64,000 bases of DNA, from assembly GCA_965203355.1 (NCBI GenBank), contig OZ241889.1:160001-224000 (forward strand), written 5' to 3'. Numbering within the stretch: position 1 is the first letter of the stretch; each line of letters begins with the position of its first letter. The notes beneath the pieces are model-generated. The model did not search any database. It saw only the letters and a program-made list of their open reading frames with translations, and was not told the origin of the DNA. This document shows, one piece after another, positions 61,201 through 64,000 of the stretch. This DNA comes from Candidatus Latescibacterota bacterium. GTDB lineage: Bacteria; Latescibacterota; UBA2968; UBA8231. The translations under genes and the position numbers were made by a program.

Positions 61201-63894
61201 CGCCTTTTCCCCGGCCGCAATGGTGACGGTCCCTGCTAATGTCGCGGTATAATCCACGTCGCGGGTCGCCATCGCGCCGCTGGCCGGCGGCACAATCGTA
61301 AAGCGGACCGTCTCAGCCGCCGGAGCCGCGCCCGACAGAGTCGCCGTAACGCGGATTTCAGCCGTCTCGCCGTTTTCGCGCACGGCCGATTGCGAAGCCA
61401 TTACGCTGGCGACGCCAATCGTAACCGGCGCGGCGTCAGCAACCGTGATGGTGAAAGTCCGCACCCCGCCATCGCCGTCGGCATCGATCGCCGTATAGAC
61501 GACCGTGGCCATGCCCGCCAGCGTCGGCGTACCCGAAATCGTCCGCGTGGCCGGGTCAAACGACAGACCCATCGGCAGGCTCGACGAAACGCTGTACGCG
61601 AGGGTGCCTTGGCCGCCCGTGGCCGCGGGCAAAACCTCGCTGAACGCTTGGCCAACAGTCGCTTCAAAGGCTAACGCTCCAGAACCGAAACTCGGTCGGC
61701 CCGTGTCCGCGGGCGTATCCGTATCCGAAGAACCAGAATCGTCCATCTTCGCCGCGTCTTTCAGCTTGATCGCCACGGAACTGACCGCGATCTTGTCGTC
61801 GTCTTGGTTCTTGAGGTTGTCCGTCAACTGCTTCAGCGTGATCGTCTCGTCGTTGTCAGCGGCTCCGTCATTCACCGGCGTGATCGAGATCGTCGTCGAG
61901 CCGGTGATCTCGCCCGCCGGAATCGTCAGCGAGCGAAGCACCGCCGTGTAGTCCACGTCCCGCGTCGCGGCACCGGACACATCCTCATCCAAAACCAACG
62001 TGATCGTCGCATTCGCGTCGAGCACCTTGCCGTCTAATGTGCCCGTAACCGTAACCGTCGTCTCACCCGCGTCCTCTTTGACTTCACCCGGGCTGACCGA
62101 CAGCGTAATTTTTTCGCTCAGCGTCTCATCATCGGTGATCGTGAACTCCGCATCCCTCGTCTGATTATCGTCGGAGCCGACTTTCGCTGTCACCGTGAAC
62201 GTCCGCGCATTATTCGCACCGCTGTTGTCCACCGGCGTGACCCGCAGCGTCGCCGTGCCCTTGGTATCGCCGGCCGGGATCGTCAGCCCCTCAATGACCT
62301 CCACCTCATAATGCACATCGCGCGTCCCAACCCCCGCCGTAATTTGAAAGTCCACCGCCTTAGAGCCAGTTAAAGCCGTCTCCAACTCAACGGTCATCGT
62401 AACGTCCGTCACCCCAGCGGCCTCGCGGATCGTCGCCGGACTCAGCGTAAAATTATCCTTGAGCCGCGCCACCGCAATGTCCTCAACCGTGATGGTGCCG
62501 GGGTTGACCACAATAGGAATGACAAAAGAATCCAAACGCTTGATAACTGTGCCTGCGGGAAGACCAGTCGCCCCCTTAATCACCCCATCGCCGTTAAGGT
62601 CAACACCGATCTCGAGCAGCCTGGGAATACTGCCGGAGCTAAGAGCTCCTCTATCGACTTCATAGGGACCTGCTTCCGTTAGCAATTTTCCTTCGGGCAC
62701 CACATAGGTATCCAAAAAATCGCCATCCCCGAAAAAGTCGATCCCCAAGTCTCGTTCTACTAAGACGGTGCCCGACGTGAGGGTGTCGGAGTTGCTAAGG
62801 TCATATCGATAACCGGACCATGCCCCGAACACTGCTCCGGATCCTAATTTAACACTCCCATCGCCATCCAAGTCTATGGTGGTGGTGAAGTTGGTTCCCA
62901 TAACTTCCGCAATAACAGCGAGTCCTTCCCCTGTCGGTTGTACATGACCATCTTTTTCTAAGGTACCATCACCATTGTAGTCGAACCGGACCTGCTTACC
63001 CGCCTTATTGATCCGTTTCTTAAACTCCACCAGCAGCGTATCCTTGGCCCCCAGCACGATATTGCCCGCCTTATTATTCGGATCAACGGTGATCGTCGTC
63101 TTCCCGTCGACCCTCCGCTTTGGAATGGTCAACTTCCCCAGCCCCCGAATCGAATAATCCACATCGCGCGTCAACGTACTGGTAGAAGCAACAACCAATT
63201 GGTTTTCAAGGTCGCGCTCCGTCCACGAGCCGCCCTTCAACAGCGCCGTCACTTCAACCGAAGTCGCATCCGCCTGCTTGCTGAGCTTGGCCGGCGAAAC
63301 AGAGAGGTCGATATTGGGGACGAACACATCGTCGTCAATCAGCTCGATATAGAAGACGCCCGTAACACCAGTACCACTCTCCGTATAGGACGCGGCGGTT
63401 TTGCCTTTCTCGAAAATGGTTCCAGTAGAACCCCCCACATCAATCACGATAGGAAGATTAACCCGCATTTTAACCTTACCCGTATCGACCGCCGTACCCG
63501 CCGTTATGGTCAGGGTATCGACATCCGCCGAAGCGTTGGCCGCGTTAATTCCAATCCGATTATTGTTGATCGGAGTTATGGTGATCGTCCCTGTCGCCTT
63601 GCGCTCGCCCTTCTTAATCACCAAAGAAGGGAAAGAGATTCTGAACAAATCGTTGAGATAGCGGGACGTGATACCGACAAGACGCAACGGAAGCTGAAGA
63701 TCGGCCTTCGCCTTCGCGTCAGCCGTTCGCAATTCGGCTGTTATCGTAATATCCTGCGCTCCTCCATCCTCGCGAACGGAACGCCGATCAATGGATATGT
63801 CGATGTTCTCGTCCTGAGCCATAGCCTCGCCGGCCCAGCCAAACACCAAACTAGCCGTCAGCAAAAAAGGCACGAACAACTTCGAGTATTTCAT
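58270..63894 (-). CDS. Large secreted surface/adhesin protein: Calx-beta-like repeats, three putative Ig (He_PIG) domains, FN3-like, dockerin-like, cohesin-like and FlgD/T9SS-type C-terminal domain
   Basis: AAGGAG RBS; signal peptide; TRD(V/T)(D/H)Y repeats; LP.GLSFD.ATRT.SGTP x3; FDDFFVLAD.FG x2; NYPNPFNPQTT...QKMLLLK. Confidence 0.9.
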   Translation of the reverse strand: MKYSKLFVPFLLTASLVFGWAGEAMAQDENIDISIDRRSVREDGGAQDITITAELRTADAKAKADLQLPLRLVGITSRYLNDLFRISFPSLVIKKGERKATGTITITPINNNRIGINAANASADVDTLTITAGTAVDTGKVKMRVNLPIVIDVGGSTGTIFEKGKTAASYTESGTGVTGVFYIELIDDDVFVPNIDLSVSPAKLSKQADATSVEVTALLKGGSWTERDLENQLVVASTSTLTRDVDYSIRGLGKLTIPKRRVDGKTTITVDPNNKAGNIVLGAKDTLLVEFKKRINKAGKQVRFDYNGDGTLEKDGHVQPTGEGLAVIAEVMGTNFTTTIDLDGDGSVKLGSGAVFGAWSGYRYDLSNSDTLTSGTVLVERDLGIDFFGDGDFLDTYVVPEGKLLTEAGPYEVDRGALSSGSIPRLLEIGVDLNGDGVIKGATGLPAGTVIKRLDSFVIPIVVNPGTITVEDIAVARLKDNFTLSPATIREAAGVTDVTMTVELETALTGSKAVDFQITAGVGTRDVHYEVEVIEGLTIPAGDTKGTATLRVTPVDNSGANNARTFTVTAKVGSDDNQTRDAEFTITDDETLSEKITLSVSPGEVKEDAGETTVTVTGTLDGKVLDANATITLVLDEDVSGAATRDVDYTAVLRSLTIPAGEITGSTTISITPVNDGAADNDETITLKQLTDNLKNQDDDKIAVSSVAIKLKDAAKMDDSGSSDTDTPADTGRPSFGSGALAFEATVGQAFSEVLPAATGGQGTLAYSVSSSLPMGLSFDPATRTISGTPTLAGMATVVYTAIDADGDGGVRTFTITVADAAPVTIGVASVMASQSAVRENGETAEIRVTATLSGAAPAAETVRFTIVPPASGAMATRDVDYTATLAGTVTIAAGEKAGWTTLFLSPIDNASADGHKHLGVRAAASGGWAQVDIRISDDETPSTSLVLSVMPSAISESAELTEVMVMAALDGKPLAENATVSVSIDAAASSATRDTDYSALFNPTITIAAGSIMGSTRLLVDPVSDGMAEGDETIVLNAMLPGFAESSATLVLTDMDSGMMDGDDDKEMMLPLAFVDGASIAVHTYTAGTAITPLVLPVALGGEGTITYSVSGLPAGLSFDAATRTLSGTPEAEGTMEVTYTAMAGDESVSLMFTITVNAMLDFGDLSALFGLFNSGAGKANPADSHDNSMIQLAINVPANLTLPAVSGGTPPLTYSVSGLPAGLSFDPATRTISGTPTTMGETVATYTVMDANGASQSLPVSMAVVEPPLSAPTNLVAEDYKGADGQGDQGGFVMLSWELSADHKSLDSYRIFRALPVLENEMVPWARVDAVPGVAMGRAIVATLDNVSTRWGIAAERGGRTTHHVAKAVFVEADDLTQPYAQMAATLQASRDAAQGGEGPVLASLLPEALAYARGVAPKLNVVSSVLSSSITWTAEAVRATDDIAPLAVSALQVLDAPDDQGGRIALTWTLSPSDQVLQGVVAGALGPAPVEPVVGVHGYRIYRRAVGDETFSVVAEVASGVASFVDETAQHGVHYTYQVRAFDLDNETGSVEHTALAVRNRVADSQGQALLGLFGADARIGFDDFFVLADRFGLTAGDAGFDPAFDLAPNGTIDFDDFFVLADHFGRSVAVAGKPVPLRTGLNADARLYLDAPTALPSVGEEFIVNVRLADFVAVKGYGLQVAYDADQLTFVEVRTDQPLGGSAFATPQVLADQAGVLTVAAHGDVVSDGELMLRLVFRPTTEIAHTTLEITDSQTYDRALGFNRLALPAPISVQTRPAVFSLAANYPNPFNPQTTIQYALPQAADVVLTVYNVLGQPIRTLVAEHQAAGRYAVEWDATNDSGQSVSSGMYFYRLQAGGDFLDIQKMLLLK
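59016..59142. repeat. 28-bp direct repeat encoding the two dockerin-like/EF-hand halves
   Basis: GGTCGGCCAACACGAAGAA(G/A)TCGTCGAA at 59016-59043 and 59115-59142. Confidence 0.85.
60182..60573. repeat. Near-identical 71-bp direct repeats (60182-60252 and 60503-60573) encoding Ig-domain cores
   Basis: Four mismatches in 71 bp by manual alignment; a more diverged third copy lies near 61525-61600. Confidence 0.85.
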
Positions 63895-64000
63895 CGGTAA
63901 AACTCCTTTGTGGAAAGAGTATGATGTGGTATGTTGATTAGCTTCTTAAAAAGCGCTTGCGTTCTCGCGTCTGCAATCCTAAGAAATATAGATGTAAATA

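Noticed and set aside
59016-62340. Direct repeats as a CRISPR array or DGR template/variable repeat pair
   Set aside because: The repeats are in-frame coding-domain duplications with irregular spacing; mismatches are not adenine-specific and there is no cas or reverse transcriptase gene.

Overview
Core-genome window from a diderm bacterium, probably FCB superphylum (Latescibacterota-like). This placement is inferred from NYPNPFNP/FlgD-type C-terminal sorting domains, the 16S A1409-U1491 decoding-site pair and gene content, and is not confirmed. Every credible gene lies on the minus strand. In coordinate order: (1) an apparent operon of at least 11 tightly coupled genes (1-13125) encoding a secreted protein, a TonB-dependent receptor, three uncharacterised membrane proteins, an FN3/DUF6754-type protein, a barrel-sandwich/KOW protein, a GlmL/MutL-like ASKHA (actin-fold) ATPase with no glutamate mutase nearby, two small proteins and an orphan peptide-binding protein. 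This is the best candidate for an undescribed envelope-spanning system. (2) ilvE, an unknown beta-barrel, rsmA, holB, a frameshifted sugar ABC ATPase, rimI, tsaB, ruvBAC, yebC and an EF-G2-like gene. (3) A 16S-tRNA-Ile-23S-5S operon whose 16S mismatches the EUB338/341F site. (4) A rhamnose isomerase, an unannotated 38-aa basic protein, pyrB, fabZ, skp, bamA, clpC-mcsB-mcsA, lolDE, prfB (programmed frameshift), an S8 protease, lolA, ftsK, a VWA protein, tsaD, an orphan cdaR and moaDE. (5) Two tandem secreted surface proteins carrying cohesin-like, dockerin-like, Calx-beta-like and Ig repeats. No CRISPR array, IS element or prophage was seen. Family assignments come from motif recognition by eye; no searches were run.
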